Both the position numbers and the translations under genes were made by a program. Positions 52,062 to 61,443 of a DNA stretch of 64,000 nt are shown here, piece after piece. Position 1 is the first letter of the stretch, and every line of letters starts with the position of its first letter. Origin of the DNA: an uncultured Planctomycetota bacterium (lineage in GTDB: Bacteria; Planctomycetota; Planctomycetia; Isosphaerales; Isosphaeraceae); contig CAVTTN010000002.1 of NCBI GenBank assembly GCA_963737655.1, forward strand, positions 96,001 to 160,000. The letters run 5' to 3'. The notes under the pieces are model-generated. The model searched no databases and had not been told where the DNA came from. It worked only from the letters and a program-made list of their open reading frames with translations.

Positions 52062-52946
52062 ATGGCCGCGAATCGACAGACGTTCGGGATTGAAGCCCTG
52101 GATCGCTTGCTCGGGGGCGGATTGATCCCCGGGACGCTCACGGTGATCGCCGGGGCCACCGGGGCGGGCAAGACCCAGCTCGGTTTATCCTGGGCGAACC
52201 AGGGGCTTCGGGCCGAGGGCCGGCGGGGGGTCGTCTGCGACCTCACGAGCCGAGGCGACGCCCAGAACCACGCGAATTACGCCCTCGACCGCTTCGGCTG
52301 GGCCATGACGCCTCACGAGCTTTCCGGCGCCCTGGACCTCGATGCCTTCTGGACGAGCGACCAGGGCGACTACGTGCATCCCTTCGAGCGCGCCGGCCGC
52401 CGGGTGACCCGACGAGACCTCGAACCCGACGACTGGCACTCCTGGAAATCCGATCTCGCCCGGGTCCTCCGCTCGGCCGCGGCCTATTTCTACGGCCAGT
52501 TCGTCCGCGGGACGCGCCGGGTCGTGGTCGACGGGATCGAGCCGACCGAACGGTTCGCCGACTCGATCCAGTTCGAGTTCTTCGAATATCTCTATCATCA
52601 CATCCTGAGAAAAGAGGATGCCTGGGCGGCGAGAGAGGTCTTCCGCGAGCGGTTTCGGGCCGAAGAGCCTCGAGTCCTGGCCCATCGTTACGACCACTCG
52701 GCGATCGGCTGCCTGTACCTGTACACCACGCCTCACGTCCTCTTGGACGACCTGATCGGCCAGCCGATCGGCGAGGGGGACATCTTCACCAACGCCAATA
52801 CGATCCTCCTGATGGGCCGGACGAAGGAAGCCGGCCGGATGGGCCGGGCCCTCTACGTGGCGAAGCACCGCGGGAGTGCCTGCGGGGACGAGGTCGTCCC
52901 GTATCGGATCACGGATCGAGGCATCGAGATCGACAGGATCGCGTAA
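52062..52946 (+). CDS. Single-domain KaiC/RAD55 (RecA superfamily) ATPase
   Basis: GIEALDRLLGGG, Walker A GATGAGKT, Walker B VVVDG, KHRGS. Confidence 0.85.
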   Translation: MAANRQTFGIEALDRLLGGGLIPGTLTVIAGATGAGKTQLGLSWANQGLRAEGRRGVVCDLTSRGDAQNHANYALDRFGWAMTPHELSGALDLDAFWTSDQGDYVHPFERAGRRVTRRDLEPDDWHSWKSDLARVLRSAAAYFYGQFVRGTRRVVVDGIEPTERFADSIQFEFFEYLYHHILRKEDAWAAREVFRERFRAEEPRVLAHRYDHSAIGCLYLYTTPHVLLDDLIGQPIGEGDIFTNANTILLMGRTKEAGRMGRALYVAKHRGSACGDEVVPYRITDRGIEIDRIA

Positions 52947-52965
52947 GCGGCGCCGTTTCGACCGA

Positions 52966-55757
52966 TCACCCGGCCCCGGACAGGAACCGGCCCGTCGCGC
53001 TGCCGGGCGTCCGGGCGATCTCGGCGGGCGGCCCCTGGGCCAGGACAAAACCGCCTTCGGGGCCGCCCTCGGGCCCGAGGTCCACGACCCAATCGGCCCG
53101 GCGGATCACGTCGAGATTGTGCTCGATCACGACGAGAGTGCTGCCGGAGTCGGCCAGCCGGCCGAGGACCCTCATGAGGTTGTCCACGTCGGAGAAGTGG
53201 AGGCCCGTCGTCGGCTCGTCGAGCAGATAGAGCGTCCCGGCCGAGGCCGACCGGCCGAGCCCGGCCGCCAGCTTCACTCTCTGCGCCTCCCCGCCGGAGA
53301 GCGTCGTGCTGGACTGGCCCAGAGTCACGTAGCCGAGGCCCGCGTCCCGGAGCGCTTCGAGTCCCCGGCGGACCTTCGGGACAGCATCGAAGACCTTCGA
53401 GGCCTCGTCCACCCGCAGGTTCAGTACGTCGCCGATCGACCGGCCCTTGTAAGTGATCTCCAGCGTGGGGGGGTTGAACCGCAGCCCCCGGCAGGCCTCG
53501 CAGGTCACGTACAGGTCGGCCAGGAATTGCATCTCGATCCGGCGCACGCCCTGGCCGGCGCACGTGTCGCAGCGGCCCCCCTTCACGTTGAAGCTGAAGC
53601 GATTCGCCTTGAAGCCGCGGACCTTCGCCTCCTTCGTCATGGCGAAGACCTTGCGGATCTCGTCGAAGACGCCGGTGAAGGTGGCGGGCGTCGATCGGGG
53701 GGACCGGCCGATCGGGGCCTGGTCGACTTCCACGAGCGAATGGATCGCGTCCAGTCCGCGGATAGAAACGTAAGACCCGGGTTTCCGCCCCCCCAGACGC
53801 AAATTCCGACGGATCGCCGGTCCGAGGACGTCCTGGACGAGCGAACTCTTGCCCGATCCGCTGACCCCGGTGACACACGTCAGGCATGCGAGGGGAAACC
53901 GGGCCTCCACGGCCTTCAGGTTGTGGGCGGACGCCCCGAGGACCTCGATCCATCCGGGCGATCCGGCCAGTCGTCCCGAATCTTCGATCGATTCGCCCTC
54001 CGCCTTGCGAAGCCGCGCCGCCGTCTCCGAGGGTCCGGTCTCGACGAGCGCGGAGGGCGGGCCGATCGCGACGATCCGGCCGCCGTCGGGCCCGGCACCG
54101 GGCCGAGGTCCACGATCCAGTCCGCGGCCCGGATCACGGCCTCGTCGTGCTCCACCACCAGGACGCTATTGCCGGCGTCTCGGAGTTCCCTCAACGCTTC
54201 CAGGAGCCGGGCCGTGTCCCTGGGGTGGAGGCCGCTGGTCGGCTCGTCCAGGACGTAGCCCACCCCCACCAGCCCCGAGCCGATCTGACCGGCCAGACGG
54301 ACCCTCTGAAACTCGCCCCCCGAAAGGGAATCGGCCCGGCGATCCAGCGGCAGATAGCCCAGCCCGACCCGTTCCAGGAATCCCAGACGGGCGACGACCT
54401 CGCGGACTAGGGGAGGGCCGATGGCGTCGAGTGGCGGGGGAAACGCGAGTCCCGAGAGGAAGGTCTTCGCCTCGGAGGCGCCGAGGGCGGTCAAGCTCGC
54501 GATCGATCGGCCTCCCACGGTCACGGCCAGGGCCTCGGGCCTCAGCCTGGCCCCGCCGCATTTCGGGCAAGGGACTTCGACCAGGAATGCCGAGAGGGCG
54601 TCTCGCTGGCGGTCGGTTTTCGCCGCTTCTTGCGCTTGTTTGAGGGCCTTGCGGAGGCCGGGAAACCCGTCTTCTCCCTCGAAAAAGCCCCGAAGGGCCG
54701 CCTCGGGCCAGGTTTCCACGGCCCGCGATCCCGACAGCTTGTGTTTCTTCAGGAAGGCGGGCAGGGCGATCAGTTTTCCCTGGGCCTCGGGCGAGGCGAT
54801 CGCGCCCTCGTCCAGGGACTTCGTGCGATCGGGGATCGCGAGATCCGGGTCGAACTCGGCCTTCGTCCCCATGCCCCCGCATTCCGGGCAGGCCCCGTGA
54901 GGGCTGTTGAAGCTGAAGGTGCGGGGCTCGACCTCTTCCAGGCCGATCCCGCAATTCGGGCAGGCGAACTTGACGCTCACGACCCGGTCGGTCCACCCTC
55001 CCGAATCGTCGGCCAGAGAGAGGACCACCGTCCCATCCCCGAGTTTCAGGGCGCGATCGATGCTCTCGGCCAATCGGGGTCGGATTCCCTCGCGGACGAC
55101 CAGGCGATCAATGACCGCCTCGATCGTGTGAACTTTCGTCTTCGCGAGTTTCGGCGGGGGGTCGCCCACCTCGACCACATCGCCATCGACCCGGGCCCGG
55201 ATCAGCCCTTCCCGGCGGATCGCGGCGAACGAATCGGCATGGGCCCCCTTGCGGCCCCGGACCATCGGGGCCAGGACGAGGACTTTTCGACCTTCGGCCA
55301 ACCCCATCACGCCCGAGACCATCTGTTCGGGCGTCTGCCGCTCGATCGGCCTCCCGCAGCTCGGGCAATGCGGCAGACCCGCCCGGGCGAAGAGGATGCG
55401 GAGGTAGTCATACGCCTCGGTCAACGTCCCGACTGTGCTCCTCGGCCCGGCCGGGCCGGAGGATTGGTCGATGGCGACGGTCGGCGGGAGGCCGTCGATC
55501 CGGTCCACGTCGGGCGGTTCGAGCTGATCGAGGAACTGGCGGGCATAGCTGGAAAGCCCCTCGATGTAGCGACGCCTCCCCTCGGCGAAGAGGGTGTCGA
55601 AGGCCAGGGAACTCTTGCCCGATCCGCTCACGCCGGTGAGGACGACCAGGCGGTCCCGGGGGATGTCCACGTCCACGTTCCGGAGGTTGTGGACCCGGGC
55701 GCCTCGGACCCGGATGGCCCCGGGAGGATCGTCGGCGATGTCGGGGGATTCGGCCAC
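52966..55757 (-). pseudogene. uvrA: Excinuclease ABC subunit A; apparent 1-nt deletion near 54100, probably a sequencing error
   Basis: GARVHNL, GVSGSGKSS twice, Zn fingers, FSFNSP.GAC, LSGGE, LDEPT; restored junction DLGPGAGPDGG. Confidence 0.93.
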
Positions 55758-55882
55758 GAGAGCATCCTTCGGGGCGGGTCGGCGTTGTCATCGGGGCGGA
55801 GATCGATCAGACTCAGGGTATCGGCGGCCGTCCCGACCGGGCAAGCGGCCGTCCCGAAGGTCGTCGAGGGGGAGGGGCACGC

Positions 55883-56143
55883 GTGACGGTCGAAGTTCGG
55901 CTCTTCGCGGTCGCCCGGCAGAGCGTCGGGAGGCCCTCAGTCCTCGTGGACGTGCCCGACCCGGCCACGGTCGGCGGTCTCCGGCGCACCCTGGCCGCGG
56001 CCTATCCTCCCCTGGCTCGACTCCTGGAAGGAATGAAGATGGCCGTGGCCGTCGATTCCGAATACGCCTCGGACGATTTCGAGATCCCTCCCGGGGCCGA
56101 GGTGGCGTTAATCCCGCCGGTCAGCGGGGGGGCGGCACGATGA
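55883..56143 (+). CDS. moaD: Molybdopterin synthase sulfur carrier subunit
   Basis: VRLFA, AVD.EY, EVALIPPVSGG (+AAR); upstream of moaE. Confidence 0.85.
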   Translation: MTVEVRLFAVARQSVGRPSVLVDVPDPATVGGLRRTLAAAYPPLARLLEGMKMAVAVDSEYASDDFEIPPGAEVALIPPVSGGAAR

Positions 56144-56574
56144 TCGAGATCGTCGAGACGGTCATTGATTACGAGGCGGTCACCGAACGGGTGCGATCCA
56201 GCCGAGCGGGCGCCGTCTGCCTGTTCCTCGGGACGGTCCGCGAGATCACCGGCGATTTGCGGACGTCCTTCCTCGAGTATGAAGCCTATCCCGAGATGGC
56301 GGCGAGGAAGATGGAGGAGATCGAGGCCGAGGCGAGGCGGCGTTGGCCGATCCTGGAAGCGGCGATCGTCCACCGCGTCGGCCGCCTGGAGATCGGCGAG
56401 ATCAGCATCGCCGTGGCCGTGAGCAGCCCCCACCGTCGCGCCGCGTTCGAGGCGTGCGGTTGGATCATGGATACGATCAAAGAGGCGGTGCCGATCTGGA
56501 AGAAGGAACGCTGGGCCGACGGCACCGAGGAATGGGTCCATCCAGGCCAGCACCCAATCCAGGATCGAAAATAA
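56140..56574 (+). CDS. moaE: Molybdopterin synthase catalytic subunit
   Basis: GAVCLFLGTVR, LEYEAY, HRVGRL, SSPHR, PIWKKE. Confidence 0.93.
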   Translation: MIEIVETVIDYEAVTERVRSSRAGAVCLFLGTVREITGDLRTSFLEYEAYPEMAARKMEEIEAEARRRWPILEAAIVHRVGRLEIGEISIAVAVSSPHRRAAFEACGWIMDTIKEAVPIWKKERWADGTEEWVHPGQHPIQDRK

Positions 56575-56604
56575 AGGAGACGGCGCGTTCGCCGCGCCCC
56601 CACG

Positions 56605-57582
56605 ATGATCGATCGATTCGGACGAGTGCATAATAATCTGCGGATCAGCGTGACGGACCGGTGCAACATCCGGTGCGTCTACTGCATGCCGGAAGACGTG
56701 GCGTTCCTCCCGAGGACGAGCCTGCTCTCCTTCGAGGAGATCGTCCGGTTCGTCCGCGTGGCGGCGGGTCTCGGCGTCGATAAGGTCCGTCTGACCGGCG
56801 GCGAGCCCCTGGTTCGCAAGGGGTTGCCGGTCCTGGTGGAGATGGTCGCGGCCGTCGAGGGAATCCGCGACATCGGCGTGACCACCAACGGCATCTTGCT
56901 CGCCCCGATCGCCCGGGACCTCCGCTCCGCCGGGCTGGCCCGGATCAACGTGAGCCTGGACACCCTCGACGCCGACCGATTCCTCCGGCTCACGAGGAGG
57001 ACCGGACTGCCCGAAGTGATCGCCGGAATCCTCGCCGCCAAGGAAGCGGGATTCGACCCGGTGAAGCTCAACGCCGTGGCGATCCGTGGCGAAACCGAGG
57101 AAGACATCCTGCCTCTGGCCCATTTCGCCCGAGAACACGGCCTGGAGCTCCGGTTCATCGAGTACATGCCGCTGGACGCCGGCGAATGGGAACGCTCCAA
57201 AGTGCTCCCGGCCGACGAGATCCTCGATCGACTGGCCGGCGAGTTCGGGCCGCTCTCCCCGGTGCCGAATCCCGATCCCAGGGCCCCGGCGCTGGACTAT
57301 GAGTTCGCCGACGGCCGGGGGCGGATCGGCCTGATTGCCTCGGTCACGAGGCCATTTTGCGGCAACTGCAACCGGGTTCGTTTGACCGCCGACGGCAAGC
57401 TCCGCAATTGCCTCTTCGCGCTCGACGAGACGGACATCCGAGGGATGATCCGGGGCGGGGCGAGCGACGAGGAATTGGCCGCGGCGCTCCAAGGCAGCGT
57501 GGCCGAGAAGTGGGCCGGTCACGCGATCAATTCCGGCTCGTTCATCCAGCCGGACCGCCTGATGCACTCGATCGGGGGATAA
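56605..57582 (+). CDS. moaA: GTP 3',8-cyclase
   Basis: LRISVTDRCNIRCVYC, LTGGEP, FCGNCNRVRLT..CLF, C-terminal IGG. Confidence 0.95.
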   Translation: MIDRFGRVHNNLRISVTDRCNIRCVYCMPEDVAFLPRTSLLSFEEIVRFVRVAAGLGVDKVRLTGGEPLVRKGLPVLVEMVAAVEGIRDIGVTTNGILLAPIARDLRSAGLARINVSLDTLDADRFLRLTRRTGLPEVIAGILAAKEAGFDPVKLNAVAIRGETEEDILPLAHFAREHGLELRFIEYMPLDAGEWERSKVLPADEILDRLAGEFGPLSPVPNPDPRAPALDYEFADGRGRIGLIASVTRPFCGNCNRVRLTADGKLRNCLFALDETDIRGMIRGGASDEELAAALQGSVAEKWAGHAINSGSFIQPDRLMHSIGG

Positions 57583-57645
57583 GTCGCGAGGCCGCGGCCC
57601 GAAACTTGCCACGGATGAACGCCGATCCCCCCGATCGGAGGTTGC

Positions 57646-58692
57646 ATGAAAGCGCTCTTGGTGAAGCCGGGCCAGGCCGGATCGGCCTGCCTGGCCGACG
57701 TTCCCGAACCCCCGCAGGGGGACGGGCCGGTCCTCGTGGAGGTCCTCGCCCTGGGCGTCTGCGGGACGGACCTGGAAATCGTCTCGGGCAAGTACGGCTG
57801 GGCGCCTCCGGGCCGAGATCGGTTGATCTTCGGCCACGAATCGCTCGGGAGGGTGAAGGAAGCGCCGGAGGACTCCGGGCTGAAGGCGGGTGACCTGGTC
57901 GTCGGGATCGTCCGCCGACCCGATCCGGTCCCCTGCCCTAATTGCGCCCGGGACGAGTGGGACATGTGCCGCAACGGCCAGTACACCGAGCGAGGCATCA
58001 AGCAACGCGACGGCTATGGGTCGGAGCGATACCGGATCGAGCCGAAATTCGCGGTCAAGGTCGATCCGTCGCTCGACCGCGTCGGGGTCTTGCTGGAACC
58101 GGCGAGCGTCCTGGCCAAGGCGTGGGAGCACATCGAGCGGATCGGCCGACGGGCGGCGTGGGAGCCGCGAAAGATCCTGGTGACCGGCGCCGGGCCGATC
58201 GGCCTCCTCGCCGCGATGATGGGCAGGCAGAGGGGGCTGGAAGTCCACGTCCTGGACCGCGCGACGGACGGCCCCAAGCCGGCCCTGGTTCGCGACCTGG
58301 GGGCCGAATATCACGTCGGGAACGTCCGGGACGCCTGCCCCGGGGCCGACGTGATCCTCGAATGCACGGGGGTCGGCTCGCTCGTCTTCGAGGCGATGCA
58401 GGACATGGCCCCCGACGGCATCGCCTGCCTGACTGGCGTTTCCTCGCGAGGGCGGACGCTCCAGATCGACGCCGGGGCGATCAACCGCTCGATGGTCCTG
58501 GAGAACAACGTGGTCTTCGGCTCGGTGAACGCCAACCGCCGACACTACGAAGCCGGCGCCGAGGCTCTGGCGAAGGCCGATCGCGATTGGCTCGAACGGC
58601 TGATCAGCCGTCGAGTGCCGGTGGAGAAGTGGGCAGAGGCCCTGAATCGCCGCCCCGGCGACGTCAAGCCGGTGATCGAATTCGCCTCCTGA
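57646..58692 (+). CDS. Zn-dependent glucose 1-dehydrogenase (MDR family)
   Basis: GVCGTD, GHES, VRRPDPVPCPNC..DMC, GAGPIG, FGSVNA. Confidence 0.85.
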   Translation: MKALLVKPGQAGSACLADVPEPPQGDGPVLVEVLALGVCGTDLEIVSGKYGWAPPGRDRLIFGHESLGRVKEAPEDSGLKAGDLVVGIVRRPDPVPCPNCARDEWDMCRNGQYTERGIKQRDGYGSERYRIEPKFAVKVDPSLDRVGVLLEPASVLAKAWEHIERIGRRAAWEPRKILVTGAGPIGLLAAMMGRQRGLEVHVLDRATDGPKPALVRDLGAEYHVGNVRDACPGADVILECTGVGSLVFEAMQDMAPDGIACLTGVSSRGRTLQIDAGAINRSMVLENNVVFGSVNANRRHYEAGAEALAKADRDWLERLISRRVPVEKWAEALNRRPGDVKPVIEFAS

Positions 58693-58734
58693 ACCGCTCG
58701 CTCTCCTGCCCGCCCCGACCGAGGATGCTCGCCC

Positions 58735-60537
58735 ATGCCGTTGCGAATCGAGGATTACGCCCTGATCGGCGACTGCCAGACCGCCGCCCTCGTGGGCCGA
58801 GACGGCTCGATTGACTGGCTCTGCCTGCCCCGGTTCGACTCCGGGGCCCCGTTCGCCGCCCTCCTCGGCTCGCCCGAGAACGGCCGGTGGCAGATCGCGC
58901 CGAAGGGAGAAGTCCGCCGCTCGGTCCGATCGTATCGGCAGGACACGCTGATCCTGGAGACCGAGATCACGACCGACGACGGCACGGTCGCCCTGATCGA
59001 CTTCATGCCGCCCAGGAACGAGCGGCCCGACCTCGTCCGGATCGTCGAGGGGAGGCGGGGACGCGTCCCGATGCGGATGGAATGGGTCGTCCGGTTCGAT
59101 TACGGATGGATCGTCCCGTGGGTGCAGCGGATCGAGGGGGGCCTTGCGGCCGTCGGCGGGCCCGATGCCCTGGTCCTGCGGACTCCGGTCGAGACCCGCG
59201 GGGAGGACTTCAAGACGATCGCCGAATTCGACGTGGCCGAAGGACAGCGAGTCGCGTTCACGATGACCTGGCACGCCTCTCACGAGCCGATCCCGTCCCC
59301 TTTTGATGCCGAGGAAGCCCTGGTCGCCACCGAGAGCTGGTGGAAGGAGTGGGCCTCGAGGTGCGCCGACGCCGGCCCGTGGCGAGAGGCCGTGGTGCGA
59401 TCGCTGATTACCTTGAAGGCGCTGACCTACGCCCCGACCGGCGGGATCGTGGCGGCTCCGACGACCTCCTTGCCGGAAAAGATCGGCGGGGTCCGCAACT
59501 GGGACTATCGGATCTGCTGGATTCGGGACGCCTCATTCACCCTTTCGGCCCTCCTGCGGGCCGGCTACCACGAGGAGGCCCAGGAGTGGCGAGCCTGGCT
59601 CCTCCGGGCCGTCGCGGGCGAGCCCTCGAAGCTCCAGATCATGTACGGGGTCGAAGGGCAGCGCCGGCTCCCCGAGCTCGAATTGCCGTGGCTTGACGGC
59701 TACGAGGGGTCGAAGCCCGTCCGCGTCGGAAACGCCGCCCACGAGCAGTTTCAGCTCGACGTCTACGGCGAACTCGCCGGGACCATGTATCAGGCGATCC
59801 GGGCCGGGCTCCAGCCGAATGAGGAAGGCTGGAGGCTCGCTCAAGGACTCTTCGAGTTCCTCGAAACCCACTGGCAAGAACCCGATGAGGGGATCTGGGA
59901 GGTCCGTGGCGGCCGTCGCCAGTTCACCCACTCCAAGATGATGGCATGGCTGGCGATGGAGTGCGCCGTGAAGGCCGTCGAGTCGCTCGGGAGAGACGGG
60001 CCCATCGATCGATGGAAGGCCCTCCGGGCCCAGATCCATGAACAGGTCTGTCGGGAAGGATTCGACCCCGACCTGAACGCGTTTGTTCAGTCCTACGGCT
60101 CCAAGCTCCTGGATGCCAGCCTCCTGATGATGCCTCTCGTCGGCTTTCTCCCGGCCAACGACCCGCGAGTGACGGGGACGGTTGCCGCGATCGAGAGAGG
60201 GCTGCTGAATGACGGCTTCGTGATGCGTTACTCCCCATCGAAGAACGTGGACGGCCTGCCCCCCGGCGAGGGCGCCTTCCTCCCCTGCACATTCTGGCTG
60301 GTGGACTGCATGACCCGCCAGGGGCGACGGGACGATGCCATCCGTCTCTTCGAACGGCTCCTCTCCCTTCGGAACGACGTCGGCCTCCTCTCGGAGGAAT
60401 ATGACCCGAAGTCGGGCCGGCTGGTGGGCAACTTCCCGCAAGCCTTCTCGCACATCTCGCTCGTCAACTCGGCGTTCGACCTGGTCGAGAACGAAAAGCT
60501 CGGCGCACGGACCAACGATGGCCACGGCCCCTCCTGA
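58735..60537 (+). CDS. Glycoside hydrolase family 15 (glucoamylase/trehalase-like)
   Basis: IEDYALIGD, TTSLPE, RNWDYR.CWIRD, QLDVYGE, GLLSEE, GNFPQAFSH. Confidence 0.93.
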   Translation: MPLRIEDYALIGDCQTAALVGRDGSIDWLCLPRFDSGAPFAALLGSPENGRWQIAPKGEVRRSVRSYRQDTLILETEITTDDGTVALIDFMPPRNERPDLVRIVEGRRGRVPMRMEWVVRFDYGWIVPWVQRIEGGLAAVGGPDALVLRTPVETRGEDFKTIAEFDVAEGQRVAFTMTWHASHEPIPSPFDAEEALVATESWWKEWASRCADAGPWREAVVRSLITLKALTYAPTGGIVAAPTTSLPEKIGGVRNWDYRICWIRDASFTLSALLRAGYHEEAQEWRAWLLRAVAGEPSKLQIMYGVEGQRRLPELELPWLDGYEGSKPVRVGNAAHEQFQLDVYGELAGTMYQAIRAGLQPNEEGWRLAQGLFEFLETHWQEPDEGIWEVRGGRRQFTHSKMMAWLAMECAVKAVESLGRDGPIDRWKALRAQIHEQVCREGFDPDLNAFVQSYGSKLLDASLLMMPLVGFLPANDPRVTGTVAAIERGLLNDGFVMRYSPSKNVDGLPPGEGAFLPCTFWLVDCMTRQGRRDDAIRLFERLLSLRNDVGLLSEEYDPKSGRLVGNFPQAFSHISLVNSAFDLVENEKLGARTNDGHGPS

Positions 60538-60550
60538 CGCCGACTCCCCG

Positions 60551-61396
60551 TCAAACGCGGCCGGGAAGCTCGCCCGAGTTGAGATACCACATGTTGTCCG
60601 ACCCCCGGGCCAGGGTGGTCGTCACCCGGACGCTCTCCAGAGGCTCGGTCGATTCCCCCCGAGGGCGGACGATCACGGTGAAGGACGCCTCCACCGAGGT
60701 CTGCCCCGCGCTCTTGTCCGACTTGAAATCCGCGATCTCGAAGGCCAGCGGCGTGGTCCCCTTCACGCGACCTCCCCGGAGGCGGCTCAGCCGCCCTTTC
60801 CAGTAGGCGCGGAACCCGGCGAACGAGCCGAACTCGCGGGATTCCTTGCCGGGAGTGCTCAGGAGGAGCCACATCCTCCTGTAGTGCGGGAAATGGTGCG
60901 AGAGGGCGGCGAAGTAGTCCTTGACCGCCTGCTCGGGCGTCATCCGGATCGGCCGTTCCATGGTGATCACGATGGGATACGTCAGGACGACCCAGATCGC
61001 CCCGCCGATCAGGAGGAAGAGGAACGACGCCCCGAGATGGTCCACGGAGAACGTGAAGTAGAACGTCGTCAGGACGATCAATCCCACGACGGCCAGCAAG
61101 AGGACGGTCGATCCCCATTCCGCTCCGCGGGTCCAGAGCTCATCGACCTGGGCCTCGGGCAGCGGCGCCTTGGGCGCCGCCTTCGCCTTGGCCCGGCCCG
61201 GCGAGGGGGTCGCGACGGGGACCCGGGGTGGCGAAGGCGGTTCGTCCTCGTCCGGGTCTCCGCCTTCCAGCTCGTAACCGCCGGTCGGCGGGGAGGAGGC
61301 CGGCGGCTTCCTCGACGGTGGACTCGGGCGCTTCGGCTCGTCGTCGAACAGAAAGGCATCGTCGGGCGGGTCGCCCGGAGATCGGGGGCGGGACAT
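60551..61396 (-). CDS. Hypothetical membrane protein
   Basis: Pro-rich N-terminus, two TM helices, NTF2-like-looking C-terminus (PEQAVKDYF); start inferred. Confidence 0.65.
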   Translation of the reverse strand: MSRPRSPGDPPDDAFLFDDEPKRPSPPSRKPPASSPPTGGYELEGGDPDEDEPPSPPRVPVATPSPGRAKAKAAPKAPLPEAQVDELWTRGAEWGSTVLLLAVVGLIVLTTFYFTFSVDHLGASFLFLLIGGAIWVVLTYPIVITMERPIRMTPEQAVKDYFAALSHHFPHYRRMWLLLSTPGKESREFGSFAGFRAYWKGRLSRLRGGRVKGTTPLAFEIADFKSDKSAGQTSVEASFTVIVRPRGESTEPLESVRVTTTLARGSDNMWYLNSGELPGRV

Positions 61397-61443
61397 CGAG
61401 GGGCCTCTCGGAGGATGAGTCGCCCGCGAAGGGCGGATTCGAG

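Noticed and set aside
57608..57637. CCACGGATGAACGCCGAT motif reminiscent of short tandem-unit repeats
   Set aside because: Single degenerate copy without a partner arm; cannot be supported as an element.
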